Shown in pieces: positions 1 to 13,860 of a DNA stretch of 64,000 bases. Position numbers and translations under genes: made by a program. A model generated the notes under the pieces. That model saw nothing but the letters and a program-made list of their open reading frames with translations. It was not told where the DNA came from and did no database searches. The stretch is taken from contig JBHGNT010000002.1 in NCBI GenBank assembly GCA_043228905.1, forward strand, positions 6,634,001 through 6,698,000, in the 5' to 3' direction. The DNA comes from Azolla caroliniana (Eukaryota; Plantae; Polypodiophyta). Numbering within the stretch: the first letter of the stretch is position 1; every line of letters starts with the position of its first letter.

Positions 1-203
1 ATGGTTCTAAAAGGAGGATACACATGCTTTCATAATTCCAATACAAAATAACTACAGTTGTATTTTCATATACATTGCTCTATCCTTCAGACTAAAAACT
101 TAACTTCAAACTATGAACTACCATAATTCTATTTCAAGGATAAACAAACTTTTAACCATCGGTGAAAACTAGCCTAACTATCATATAGGAGATCGAGCAT
201 TAC

Positions 204-3200
204 CAAACAAGCGCAAAAGGTGTTCAGCTCCATAGATAGATGAGGGGGTAATGTTAGTATGGTCTTCCTGTACATTGTCAGTATATTGACCACGTTCTTC
301 TTTATATAATAGCATCACTGGAAGAGCCTTGTCGAAATAAGAGCGCAAGCCATTGAGAATTTCTACCACAGTATCACTGACTCTGGAAAAGAGGCAATAG
401 ATCAATCACCACTAAGTAATTAATTAATTTATAACTAATATACTCAAAACTACTTCCCACTAAGAGATCTATTGTCCATTGTGTTTACTGAAATTTGAAG
501 GGATGCAAGGATTCTTTTTTATGCATTTGGCTATTATGTCATAGGAAAACAAAAATACTGGAATCTTAATTAAAACATTATCAGCAAATTTACTCTCTAG
601 AAGCTACTAAGTTACTAAAAGCTTGGACTTCCATCATTTTTAAGTTCAAAAATTTCTATTTCTTCAGGTAGAGAATGACTTTCTAGTTTAATACATTTTT
701 CTCCGCATTTTATGGTATGTGACTAAAAATTTAACAGCATTTAGGGTGTCTTTTCTTTTATATCTATTAGTGGATCACTGCTATATGATCAATCCATTCA
801 CATTTTATATATATGAAGACAACACTATGATATTGATTGAGTGTACACCAAGGTTAACACATTAGACTATTCAGCTTTATAAACCATTTTAAGTTCAATA
901 AATTAAAGGATGGTGTTATATACTCATTCTTGACTTTCTGCCAAGTGGAACATCCGAAATTCAGATTGAATAGGCATTGTATGTATTATCTAAAATGCAT
1001 TTATAAGAAACCATAATTCAGTCCTTTTATTAGAATAGGCATAATTTGTTGAAAGTTAGAATTGTTCAGTCCAAGGACAAAATGCAGAGAAATCTTACAT
1101 GCCATCCTGTTTAGTTTTGAATTCCAGATACTTTTTGAGGATATCATCAACATTGGGATCCCGGGGAAGCTTGATTAACTGAGTAGTTTTGTGGATAAAA
1201 ATAATTAGCAGCCTGAAGGAAGTAAAATTCTAACCACATGAAAAATATCAAATTTCATGCTTTAGACCAAAATAAATAATCAATATTTGGCACATTTAAA
1301 ATGTCATGGTTACAAGCTTTTGAATCAATCCGCATCATATGATAAACTAATTGGACTCTTTGTAACACCCTAGTTAATTCATATAGGCACCAACAAGGTA
1401 CATAATATCAAAGATATAAATGGAGATTGGCAACATGATCCCCCCCCAGAAGACTAACATTTCTCTGGAAAAATTATGATCTTAAAAAATGTAGAAAAAT
1501 GTACAAGGTTCGATTTTCTCTACCTTGCCATGCTGTGTTACAAACTCCCAATCATCCACTAACTGCTTTTTCAATGCTCCTGGAAGAGGAATCTTCATAA
1601 CTTGATCAGGTTCATCAGTGTCTCTATCCTAAAACAAATAAATATACCAGATAAAATGCAATGCCATATTTACAAAATCAGGTAGTATATTCATAAAAGA
1701 GTATTTTATAATCTCTTGAATACAATGCACAACTCTAGAACTTATTAACAAAAATTCAAGTTATTGCATGGATCATGTTTAAGAGAATACAATACAGATT
1801 TTCAGCTTTACTAAAGAGAAAGAGAAACTTCACATACTTCAACACCTGCGTCCGCTTTACGTTTCTTTGCCCTTGTAACTGCAGAGTTTCGGATTAGCAA
1901 CAGACAATATTAGACTTGTACTAACAATCAGTTTAAACGGAGTTTACTCATCTCTTATTCTCATATAGAAAGATATATTAACATCTTCTAAGAGGCAAAA
2001 ATGGCCTATAAGACCAAACAAGAGATCACAGCTTAAAATGTTGTCTTGTCTTTGCAAACAAAAAACCAATTTAAATGTAGACGTGACAAAAGAATCTCAT
2101 CATCTATAGATGTAAGATTCTCAAATCAGATATATTGTAATTTTTGTTTTCGAAAGATCTCTTGCATAGGTTGATAAAAGACATTAAAATGCATGCAATG
2201 CTAATAAAATCGTGTCTATGATTCATGAAATGGACATAAACTCGGGTCAAAGAGTATGACAAACATTAACAATCAAATTAAGATGAACCATTAATGAAAC
2301 TAGAATGTATAAGACTACAAATAAATGCAACGACAGTAAGAAACTGAATCAATGTGCTCATAAAACTTTTGGGTTTAAAATCTTTAAAAGAATTGAAAAT
2401 AAACACCCAAGCCTTAGTTTCAGTTCACTAAACGTGAGATTTCAGGTTACAATATTTCACCCTCGTTGCATAAGTTTTACCTTTAATGATTCAAACATTC
2501 GAACATGAGATTTCAAGGATGGCATATATGGTCATTAGTGCATAAGCTTTAGATTTCAATGTTTCTTTGTTTAAAACTTGAGATTTCAAGGTTAGCATGC
2601 ATGGTCATTAGTGCATAAACTTTTGCTTTCCATGCTTCAGACATGAAAACATGAGATTTAAGATTAAATCTTTGGTTATTATTACACAAACTTTAGCTTT
2701 ATATGCTTCAAATAAACAACCATGAGGTTTAAGGTCAACTTATTTTTTCATCATTGCATAAACTTGTAGCTTTTAATGCTTCAAAAATTAGTTCCTAGGG
2801 TTGGAACCAAATTCCTGGAATAATGTAAGAAAAGAACCTTAAACATCAATACAATATATGAGACACGTGCATGTTACCTGTTGTTCCCTTAGGTTTAGTT
2901 TGTGGAATGCGCCCTTTCAGAATTTTATCACCACTTTGGTCCTTAAAGAGCTTCTTTCGTTTCTCCACATTTGGCTCAGTGTATTTCATCAAACGATCTG
3001 CGCCTACCCATTCATCCCAACTACCAACAGTAACAAACATATACCATGAACTTCTTGCATAAATCTCAGCCTAGGCGCTCAATCAATTGCAAAAAGGGAT
3101 TGACTCACTTTTTGCTCCATCCCTGACAAAAGAAAAAGATACATCACATCACTTCAAGGGCATTTATAGAGTTTCCGCAATTATGTCAGCAGCCTATCCA

Positions 3201-5935
3201 TACTGTGAGTTTCATTAACAGCTTCAGATCAGTTTTATTCCATCCAAGAACTACATTTAGAATCTTTGCATTCTTAATGCTAATTCTTTGTATTTGTCGT
3301 TTATTTCCTATTTTCTTTCTCGTAACTCTCTTTATACAATTCAATATAGCCTTCATATTCCTGTGATTCCCATCCATGAACCTAGCATGGGCCCTCGCAT
3401 TAATGATACTTATCACACAACCATCTCGTATGAAAGACATTAAGATTTTCAAAGCACTGCCATCAGAAAGCTTCATTGAAAAGCATGAACAGTTTTGATT
3501 TTCACGAAGTTTTAACTTTTAGTTTCATAAATATCAACTACAATCCTCTGAAAATGGTATGGATACAATTTTCATACTTACTTAGATACATGTTGAGCAT
3601 ACATAGGCACAAATAACTGTTGCCTATCAGCCAAAGCATTTGATATAAACACAATTTGGATTTCCATTTCATTGACGTCAAAACTTTTCCTTAAAATCGT
3701 GAATCACTTTGATTTTTCAAGAAGTTTTGCCTCTCACTTTCATAAATCTCACCTGTTGCAATCATTTGAAAATATTATAGATTTCATACTTACTTAGATA
3801 TAGATGTTATGTAGGCATAGGCATAAATATGTTTTAAGTAAAACATACATGCTTTAAGTTAACTTAAAGCATGAAAACACACACATGTTTTTGCATAGTG
3901 TAAACTGATAAAACCAAAGAGATGAGAATAAGAATTTCAATAGTGAGGCTCTGGCTAGCAAGTACTCACAAGGTAATGCACAAAATACCTCCGCGATTTC
4001 TTTCGCACCTCTGCCTTTAGAACCTGTGCAAATATACAATTAACATGAGTCATAACACTCTAGAAGAGACAACAAATAATCTGAAAAGAACAGCATTTCC
4101 TACATTTCCACATTATGAAATCTCGGTCAATCTCAACTCCCACATGTTCAAATATGAGTAATACTTACTTATAGGGATGTATGTCTAACAAAACTCTCTC
4201 AATAAAACGTTAGATGGAACCCCCAGTATAGATATAATCCTATGTACACAGATACACTTACATGTATATAAACCACACACCGATACATCCTTTCTCGTAG
4301 AAATGCATTATGGTAGGGTTAGAAAAGATCAAACTGAGGCAAGACTCCACAATTCTTACATCCACATCAATCTCTTCAAGAACCCACATACATTATACAT
4401 ACACTCTGAAGGAAGTACTATATCATGCTCCCTTCTATTGTCTGCCAATACAAGTCAACCTCATGCACAATTCATACGAGCCAACCTCCAAATATATCAT
4501 GCTCCCTTCTATAGTCTGCGAATACAAGTCAACTTCATGCACAATTCTTACATCCACATCAATCTCTTCAAGAACCCACATACATTATACATATACTCTG
4601 AAGGAAGCACTGTTCAGAACCCAGTTCAGAGACAGACAAACAGACAGACAAACAGACAGACAGATAGACTTCGGTCATGAAAAGATTTCATTTATGGGAT
4701 TTTTTACGATCAAACTTGGATTCTCTAGAGACAGACAGACGGAAGAGGATCAAATGCAGGTTCCTCAATTTTAAGATCAAACTTGGATTCTCTAGAGTTT
4801 ACACTTTTACAGTATAAATAATTGAAGCAAGAGCCAGAGTTGACAGAAATATACACATGCACACACATATACATCTTAAAAATTCTTAATTCTGGCGCCG
4901 ACACATCTTTGCTTTTCTTATAAAAAAAACCAGCACCCACACATACATACACATATATACTGACATAGATATATATACATGTACACAAACACACATAGAT
5001 ATATACACACGCCCATACAAACATACACAGAAAATGCATTATTTACTACATTGCAACATACCCATGCATATACACAAATGCATATACATATATATATACA
5101 TAAATACCTATATATACGCGTACAAATGCATTTAAACATAAACCACATGCATTACTTACTACATTGCATACACATCAAGTACATTATGTATGTAGATAAA
5201 CGTACACACACATGTAGAATACTTACAATACAGTACGCACACAATAGCACATTATGTATTCTAAAATTATTCTACCTTTTTTATAAATACTTAGAATACA
5301 TATTCTAAAGATAAAATATGTGAAATACAAAGAATACATTAAAAACTTATTAGATTTGTAATGCATTTAAAAATTGTTATTTGGCCAGATTATTTATTTT
5401 AACTTTATTTCTTAATTTTCGGAAACGTTAAATACTTTTTAAATAAGCAGAATACATGAAACAATTTTTAAATGCAAGTTCTAAAACCTTACGTATTGAA
5501 TACTTCATATTATTCTCTAAAACCGTATTCTATGCATAAAATCCTCACTTTTTGTCAACTATGACAAATAGAGATATTCTCGTCATTTCTTTGAAGAGTT
5601 TTAACTTCCTGGAGTTGGTAGGTAAGCAAAGACCTTACAATTTGAGGTTGCATAAATACATATATTAGTGTATAGGCATGCATGGCATGAGTGTATACTC
5701 ACAAGAACACACAGATAAAAAAAGAGAGTAGATAAATTAGATAGAGAAATGTGAGCACCTTGGCTTCATAGATGAGGGGTCCATGGTAGGCAAGCACCTT
5801 CTCTCCCTCCACGAACAGACTACGACCACCACTGGACTCTTCTTCTTCTTCGTCTTCTTCTTCTTCTTCTTCTTCTTCTTCTTCATCTTCACCTCCTCCC
5901 CCTTCTTCAATGGTGTCATCCTCCTCAGAGCTCCC

Positions 5936-5938
<3 letters not shown>
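204..5938 (-). CDS. MRG1: MRG-family (MORF4-related, chromo/Tudor-knot + MRG domain) histone reader; spliced, 3' exons run off the left edge
   Basis: Exons with GT-AG borders and consistent phase: 5759-5938 (MGSSEEDD..EGEKVLAYHGPLIYEAK), 3970-4023 (VLKAEVRKKSRRYFVHYL), 3109-3122 (GWSKN), 2878-3020 (WDEWVGADRLMK..), 1838-1878, 1524-1628 (..LKKQLVDDWEFVTQHGK), 1099-1178 (LIKLPRDPNVDDIL..), 204-382 (..YFDKALPVMLLYKEER..IYGAEHLLRLF). These motifs are diagnostic of MRG15/Eaf3/MRG1-2. MRG1 versus MRG2 orthology is not resolved. Confidence 0.93.
2400..2790. repeat. Degenerate ~73-bp tandem repeat in MRG intron 4
   Basis: An aacatgagatttcaagg...ggtcattagtgcataa-like core recurs at about 2430, 2502, 2575, 2648 and 2720. 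Confidence 0.7.
4348..4607. repeat. Local A-B-B-A duplication in MRG intron 1
   Basis: cacaattcttacatccac..gaaggaag occurs at about 4348 and 4540. atatcatgctcccttcta..gcacaattc occurs at about 4419 and 4493. Confidence 0.7.
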
Positions 5939-5985
<47 letters not shown>

Positions 5986-6164
5986 TGTTCCTTCAAAATG
6001 GAAAAACCTTCCAATACCAATTTTCTTCCCTTTCATTTCTCTCTTACTTGTGAAGAAGTCCAAATTACAAAAATATGCCCACATACAAGTTATATGTTTT
6101 TTTTATTTTTTTTTATTTTAATTTTTTTTTAATGTTTTAAAAAAAAATTATTTTTTTAATTTTT

Positions 6165-6998
6165 TAATTTTTTAATTTTTTTTAAAATTTTTTTATTTTT
6201 TTATTTTTTTTTTAATTTTTTTAATTTTTTAATTTTTTACTTTTTTTAATTTTTATTTATTTATTTATTTTATTTTATTTAATTATTTTTTGTTGGGGAG
6301 GGGGGCGGGGGGGCTAAACAAAAGCCGTCCATTGTAACACATCCGTTGTGCTGTGTTGAGGGGTTCTGTGATTGGAACCACAACACACCACCTCAACGGA
6401 TTGAGGTGAGGGCCAAAGGACCTGTGAGTTGTGGGCTTCTAAGACTTCTCAACGGATGGAGAAGACACCCATGACTCACAATGTAAAGGGATTGATTAAT
6501 TTAAAGGAGGTAGTGAGACCTATTCAACGAGACAAAGGGTGGTTGGGCGGTATGTTCATCGGGTCCAAATACTTCATCTAGTCTTTTTTAATTTTTTTTA
6601 AAATTTTTTTATTTTTTTATTTTTTTTTTATTTTTTAATTTTTTAATTTTTTTACTTTTTTTATTTTTTATTTATTTATTTATTTTATTTTATTTAATTA
6701 TTTTTTGTTGGGGAGGGGGGCGGGGGGGGTAAACAAAAGCCGCCCATTGTAACACATCCGTTGTGCTGTGTTGAGGGGTTCTGTGATTGGAACCACAACA
6801 CACCACCTCAACGGATTGAGGTGAGGGCCAAAGGACCTGTGAGTTGTGGGCTTCTAAGTCTTCTCAACGAATGGAGAAGACACCCATGACTCACAATGTA
6901 AAGGGATTGATTAATTTAAAGGAGGTAGTGAGACCTATTCAACGAGACAAAGGGTGGTTGGGCGGTATGTTCATCGGGTCCAAATACTTCATCTAGTC
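6165..6998. repeat. ~415-bp tandem duplication upstream of the MRG start codon
   Basis: A T-rich tract, G-run and aaacaaaagccg...ccaaatacttcatctagtc are present twice at an offset of 415 bp and are near-identical. Confidence 0.9.
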
Positions 6999-7432
6999 AT
7001 CCTTCACACAGTCGAGTAGCGTTGGTCACGTGAGTCCAAGTCCGAGTCCGATCGAAGATCCACCCTAATCATTAAAAAAATCGGTGGAGGGGTAGGTGAA
7101 GGACATTTCAAATAATAGAATGAAAAATTGCATGGCCCCTACTTGGCTTCCATGACTCCCTTCTTGTATCAACCAAAGAGAGAGAGAGAGAGAGAGAGAG
7201 ATCTTTATTGGAGCAAGTAGAAATTCTTTCCTCGATGGAGTGTTCATCTTGCCTATTAGCGTGCAATTCAACATGTAGTGGTGACTATACTTCATTGTGA
7301 TACCCATTGAAACCAACATTTTTCAAATGCATTGTAAGTAGTGTTTTCATTGATATATTTAGCGTCCACAGAGATGCCAATATTGACCCATATGACCTAA
7401 GTACAAAAGTTATCTTGATGTGTGTCTCCTTC

Positions 7433-8200
7433 CTAAGAAGGGATATTCATACTTTGAAGCACCAAGTCTTGATGTGTGAATAAGGCATACACATATGAGT
7501 TCAACCTTCTAGGTGTTCTCTTTAGTGTGACACTCAAGTCATCACCCCATATTAACATATCATCATAGCTTTCACAAATTGCACTATATGCAAAGCATGT
7601 AAAAAGCAAGTGATACTCATGCTCTACTAGCCCTTTCTCGCATACTTTACATGCCTTCATATTTGGTTAATTTTGATTCCATAATGCAACTTCAATACCT
7701 AGGTTGTGTGATCAAGTGCGAAGGAGTGTTAGGGCTCTACAAGTCTAGTTAATACTCATGTTAGTCATAAGGTAAGGTTGAATATAATCAATAGGTCTTC
7801 TTGTCTTGTATAAAACTCAATATTTAGGATTGATGTTTGCAATGTAATATTCTAATTTTGTCTATTTAGCATCTTTCCACTTCTTCCTTAGTGGGTTCAT
7901 TAATAGTTCCTCTATAACTACATATTTTATAGAATCACTTGAAAGGTCTAGGAGATTTTCCATATTCCATCTTTTGAGCCATTTTTTTATGTCAACTACC
8001 CAATTGGATGAGAGAATTTTTCTCTTGTAATTCTTTCGTAGTTTACATCCAACACTCCAAGTAAGATGTGGTAATCTATGATCTGGCATATTCTTGACTT
8101 TCGTTATGTATCTATATACTCTCTGTAGCACCAATAATTGAGAACAAGGAGATGACATGATCATGCATGTGAGTACCCTTTTGAGGTTTGGCCAATGGCA
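7433..8200 (-). mobile_element. Degenerate non-LTR retrotransposon 3' remnant
   Basis: Minus-strand fragments MPDHRLPH..W, HNLGIEVALW and CKVCEKGLVEHEYHLLFTC..Y match the C-terminal CCHC finger region of LINE ORF2. Confidence 0.65.
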
Positions 8201-8416
8201 TTTAGGAGAATAATGAAAACACTTATCTCCTTAATGATAATGGTAAAGTATTGAAAATTTCCCTCATATTAGGTGTAAATATTGATTCTACTTTGTGTGG
8301 TTTTTCAATATCACCATGTGCCCTTGGTCAAAGCTTTCTCTATATTTTTTGTATTTGGGATTGGCAATGTTATTAATGGGTTGTGATGAATGCCTATGGG
8401 TGATTGCTCTGGCCAT

Positions 8417-8456
8417 TGTAAAGAATCAAGTATGTGATTTTGTGCAGCGGAATAGA

Positions 8457-8507
<51 letters not shown>

Positions 8508-10834
8508 ACACAAAATAGACAAAAAACTTATGAAAAATTGTATTCACAAGAAGATAATAACAACCAACAACTACAAAGGAGAGGAGAAAGTGCTTATATG
8601 GTCACCTTCTCTCTACACTCTCTCACTGCAACTACCTCTTGGGAAAGAGGGTGGAACTTAATTACCTACTAACTATGTGTAATAGGAGTTAAGTTCTATG
8701 ACACATTAGTTATAATACAAGGTGGTGGGGTGTTCACACACTTGGATGCTCCTAAGGTGTGTTCCCACACTAGGAAAGTTGATTTTGATTCTCAACACAC
8801 CCTTTCAAACACAACTTCCAGTCGCCGAATAGTCAGCTTGGGTCTTGACTAGTATCCTAGTTCGGCGCCAACTCCAACTTTGATAGACATCTCACTCTAC
8901 TTGCTTTTTTCGTTCGGCTCCATCTAGCTCCGTATCACTCCCCTTCAAGCTTGGTTGGTTGGCGGTCTAAAGACCTAGGGCCGTCACAAACATCCGAAAC
9001 TTATTGGCTCCCATGGCCTTTGTGAAGATGTCAGTCGTCTGAAGGCTCGTGCTGATATGTTGTAGGTCGACGTCTCCAGCCAGGACACGTTCTCAGATGA
9101 AGTGGTAATGCACCTCGATGTGCTTAGTCCAAGCGTGGAAAACCATGTTGTGAGAAAGGTGTATACTATTGAGGTTATTGAAGTATAGGAGGATGGGATC
9201 CTTGATGGAGACGTCTCGTTCCTTTAGAATCCTCTTGAGCCATACGACTTCACATGCAGCAATGGCAACGCCCCTGCATTCGGCTTCTATGGTCGACAGT
9301 GCGATTGTCAACTACTTCTTGCTACTCCAAGAAATTGCACCGCTGCCGATTGAAAATACGAAGCCTGAGGTTGATTGTTGGTCGGCTTTATAGCCGGCCG
9401 TCGAATCGAATTGGCGTAGCCAACTTGTAGAGGATGTTGTCATTCATAGTACCACTTACATACCTTAATACTCGCTTAGCACAACCCATATGAATATCTT
9501 GTGGAGTCTGCATGAACTAGCTAAGGAGGCCGACCGGATAGTTGAGGTTCGGTCAGGTAATTGTAAGGTAAATGAGACTTCTGACAAGTTGTTGATACCG
9601 TGTCGGTTCGCATTTTGTGGTGCCAAAGTCAACATCGAGCTTTAGATTCCGATTGAGAGGGGTTACCACAGGTTTGCACTCTATCATCCTAAACTTGTAT
9701 AGTAAGTTGAGGATGTAGTGCCTTTGAGAGATCATAATGTTGGTCGGAGTCCAAATAACTTTGATGCCAAGGACGTAATGGAGCTCCTTCATATCTTTCA
9801 TTTCGAATTGGCCGGATAGGAGCTTCTTGATGTTATGGATATTGGCAATGTGATCTCCTCCAATGACCAATTCGTCGACATATATTATAATGAATAAGTG
9901 TCATCCGAAGTTGCTCCAACTGAATAGGGAATTGTCGGATTTGGACATTTTGAAGCTGATTTGATGAAGTTATTGAGTGATCTTCAAGTGCCATGCTCTA
10001 GATGCCTGCTTGAGACCGTATCAAAGTGGCTTTTTGAGTTGGCATACTGCTTTTGGGTGTGAGCTCGACTTGAAGTCGAGAGGTTGTACCAGGTACACCT
10101 CCTCGTCTAATTCGCCTTGAAGAAAGGCCTTCTTTATGCCCATTTGATGGAGGTACCAACCTTTTGCTACTGCAAGTGCGATCATAGTCTGATTGGTAGC
10201 CATCTTTGCCACCGGGGCAAAGGTCTCTTCATAATCGACTCTGTGTGTCTGTGCATAGCCTTTTGTGATGATTTTGCCCTTATACCGATTGATAGTGCCA
10301 TCAACATTATACTTAACTTTGTAGATCCATCGACAACCGATTGCTTTCTATTGATCTGAATGATGAACAAGGTCCCAAGTTTCGTTCTTGTCAAGAGCTT
10401 GCATCTCTTCATTCATCGCTTCGACCCATCATGAAACTTGAGTGGCTTCGGCAAAACTTTCAGGCTCACAGACAGTTGCCACCTTCACATAATGGCATAG
10501 TGATATGCCATTATTATAATCATTATCGCCAAATCGGTTGACTGGGTTCTTCTCTCTATTAGAGCAACGAAGTTTTTCATTTGCCATTGTTAGAGCTTTC
10601 TTTGCTTCAGGTGTCCTCATGATGAGCACATCGAATTCAACATACTCAAAATCTAGCGAGTGAGCCGATTCATTCCTGCCAAGTTGGTCACCTTCATATT
10701 CCGGCATTTTGGCCTTCCCTTTGTCCGATTTTGGACTCAACTGCAACATGTTTTGATTGCTCGGGGGCTCTTGAGGTCCATTCAACCTGGTTGAGATTGA
10801 ACTTTCCTCTGGTGTATGCCTCAATAGATCCTCC
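8417..10834 (-). mobile_element. Ty1/copia element A, 3' part (linker-RT-RNaseH-PPT-3' LTR), degenerate; continues at 39946
   Basis: The LTR at 8417-8797 has TGT..ACA ends and an adjacent minus-strand purine tract. RNaseH ALSTIEAE..TKHIEVHYHFI and RT LLSGQFEMKDM..LIYLTIT are visible. The frame is interrupted at 10834 and resumes after 39945. Confidence 0.9.
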
Positions 10835-11234
10835 GGTTGAGAATCAAACTCAACCTAGTCTAGTGTGTGAACACACCTTTGAGAATCTATGAGCACTCAA
10901 AGGTCAAAAGTCACCACTACTCTCTACACATTAAGTATGTGTCATAGAATCATATTCTATGACATATAACTAATGAGTTCCATATTCCCCATGACTAACG
11001 AGTCTCCACATTCCCCAAGGTTCTAGAGAGAGAGTGGGCATTGTAGTGAGTTAATGAAGAGAGAGGGTGGCCTTATATAAAACAACCTCCTCCTACTTCA
11101 TATATTGTCGGTTGTTGCTCCTTGTAATGCTACATTTTTGTACTAGATATTCTCCTTGTTAATATACACTTTCTTGAGTACTTCATTTTCTCTTATCTAT
11201 CTCGTGTCTCTCTTCTCTTCTCTCCTCTCCTCTC

Positions 11235-11294
<60 letters not shown>

Positions 11295-11345
11295 ACATAA
11301 CACACATCTCTTCCGTTGCACAGAATCATATTCGATTCTTTTACA
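10835..11345 (+). repeat. 5' LTR of copia element B, followed by a tRNA-Met PBS
   Basis: (G)GTTGAGAATC...CTTTTACA aligns to 39433-39940. The PBS TGGTATCAGAG starts at 11346. The upstream CCTCC at 10830-10834 is the TSD. Confidence 0.93.
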
Positions 11346-11439
11346 TGGTATCAGAGTGATTTGGTAGCTCGATCTAGCCCATCCCGTGTGTTGTGTTCTA
11401 TGCTAATGTTCAAGAATAACCGACTCATCACTATCGTAG

Positions 11440-12310
11440 TGCTAATTAACTATTACGAGTAGCTAATTACCTATTACGAGTAGCTAGTTAGATATAGTGT
11501 GGTAGCTAATTAGTTATGATCATACTCTCGTGTAGCTAATTAGTTATTTTGATGTAGCTAATTAGCTATTAAGTGTAGCTAATTACGTATGACCAATAAC
11601 TAATTAGCTATTACCATGCTAGTTAGCTATGATCATATTCTGATGTAGCTAATTAGCTTTTGTGGTAGCTAATTAGCTATTACTAGTAGCTAGTTAGCTA
11701 TGATCATATTCTAATGTAGCTAATTAGCTTTTGTGGTAGCTAATTAGCTATTACCAGTAGCTAGTTAGCTATGCTCATATTCTGATGCTAATTAGCAATG
11801 GTTGTAGCTAATTAGCTATTAAGAGTAGCCAATTACCTATTAGCAATAGCTAATTAGCTATTACAGGTAGCTAGTTAGCTATGATCAAATTATGATGTAG
11901 CTAATTAGCTATTAAGAGTAGCTAAATACCTATTACCAATAGCTAATTAGCTATTACCAGTAGCTAGTTAGCTATAATCATATTTTGATGTAGCTAATTA
12001 GCTATTGTGGTAGCTAATTAGTTGATAATAGCCAGTTAGCTATTAGCAATAACTATTTAGCTATTACCAGTGGCTAGTTAGCTATGGTCATATTCTGATG
12101 CTACTTAGCAATGGTTGTAGATAACTAGCTATTGCCAGTAGCTAGTAGGAGACACAGTTAGCTAAATCGATTATGTAGTTAAGTAGGAGACATAACTATC
12201 TAGACCCAATGCTGCTAACTAGCTACGCCCTTACCAAATGTACCAAATTAGCTATGGCCAATTATGCATGTCGCTAATTAGCTATGCTTGATCCCTAATG
12301 TAGCTGATTA
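11440..12310. repeat. Array of palindromic TAGCTAATTAGCTA-type motifs with short variable spacers
   Basis: Dozens of copies of the 14-bp palindrome or variants (tagctagttagcta). A higher-order ~71-bp period is visible (atgatcatattc at about 11629, 11700, 11771). Confidence 0.9.
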
Positions 12311-12394
12311 CCTAGTGATTGTAATCTCAATAGTGTATAGGCTTGTGACAATAAGCTCAAAAATCAAAACAAAAGTTGAGATAAATGTAAATAC

Positions 12395-13168
12395 TTGAGG
12401 TACATCAAGAAGATGAATGGGATGCTCCTCGTATTGACTCCTTCTAACACGTTTCCTGCATAAATCCTTCTTATTGGGTGAAGCCCTACTCTCATTAGTC
12501 TAAAATATAGTGATTATATCCTTGATTTATGATGTTATGGGTGTCACTGCCTTACATCTTGTTGTTAGCTTTAGCAGACTAATTCCTTCACCTCTTGAAA
12601 TAATTCAGTTCATTGTATTGTAGACACTTTTTCTACTAACACTAATTACCTTAGATAGCACACTGATGTTAAGATCGTCAACATCACTATTAAGTAACAT
12701 CATTAGACTAGACCTTTTTAAGACAAAATCATCTTCTGACCTGCTCATGGATACCAAACTATTACGGAGATTATTTACTAGTACAGATGTTATGTTTGCA
12801 TTAAGATCCATCACAATCAACTAACTCCTTTATCGATGGATCATTTAATATTCCATAAAGCACTACCTTATTGTCTTCATAGCTGATGTGCTTGGTCTGC
12901 ACATTGAAATAGTTTACAACCTTTCTCTCTATGATAATAGTATCATTACTTCCATTCTCAATGGTATTCAGACCTACATCGCAACCAATACTATCCTTAC
13001 CTTTAGTGAATGTGTCTTTCTTATCCTTCAACATTTGATGATGTTTCCTTTTTTTTCTGCCCAATACTTTCATATCGCTTGTTGTGTACTGATAGCGTCA
13101 TCCCTATCTTGATGATCCATGAGGGTTGTTGGTAAACACCCTCCTTCCCCTTCCATTTGGCTTGACAT
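12395..13168 (-). pseudogene. Disrupted ORF of unknown family (copy 1)
   Basis: Frameshifted paralog of 35166-35939, seen as ORF fragments 12801-13073 and 12605-12820. Confidence 0.55.
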
Positions 13169-13319
13169 ATTCATTAGTAAATTGAAACAAAAAATAGACA
13201 CGTAGCTAGTTACTGAACCACATGCAAACCGGTTTTTGACAGACAAAGATTATATAGAAGATTATACACAACAATACACAAGATAATCAATAGACAAAGA
13301 TGTAGATGCAATGGCTTCC

Positions 13320-13860
13320 AGTCGGAGTGAACAATTATTGCAATCCAGGACCGAACAGTCGCGGCAACTAAGAGTACAATAGTGACAATGAAGGAGTGAA
13401 CTCCGTCGGATCGAAGAACGGCAACGATCCAGGACCGAACAATAGCGGCAACGGAGTGTAAAATGGCGGCAATGGAGGAGTGAGTTGCATCGGATCGAAC
13501 AATGGCTGCAATCTAGGACTGAACAGTGGCGACAACTGAGAGTACAATGGTGACAATGGAAGAGTGAACTCCGTCGGAGCGAATAGTGGCAACAATCCAA
13601 GACTGAACAATGGTCGCAACTGAGTGTAGAATGGCGGCAATGGAGGAGTGAACTCCGTCAGATTGAACAATGGCAACAATTGAGGACCGAATAGTGACGA
13701 CAATTGAGTGTAGAATGGAGGCAATGGAGGAGTGAACTTCATTGGATCGAACAGTGGGAACAATCTAGGACTGAACAATGGCGGCAATTGAGTGTAGAAT
13801 GGCGGCAATGGAGGAGTGAACTCCATCGGATTGAACTGTGGCAACAATCCAGAGGTGATG
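13320..13860. repeat. 84-bp tandem repeat, about 6.5 copies (second copy of the array at about 36090-36630)
   Basis: gagtgaactcc recurs every 84 bp. It translates as 28-aa repeats FTPPLPPFYTQLPPLFSPRLFPLFDPMK, or as Cys/His-rich repeats in another frame. Confidence 0.9.

Noticed and set aside
3234-3248. Intronic LGWNK resembling an alternative MRG microexon
   Set aside because: It lacks a flanking in-phase AG and a downstream GT, so it is probably chance.
4725-5308. ORFs rich in Y/I/C/V/H/T, and ERER/LSLS ORFs elsewhere
   Set aside because: These are translations of (AC)/(AT)/(AG) microsatellites.
11440-12310. CRISPR-like appearance of palindromic repeats with spacers
   Set aside because: The spacers are very short and themselves repeated, there are no cas genes, and the context is eukaryotic.
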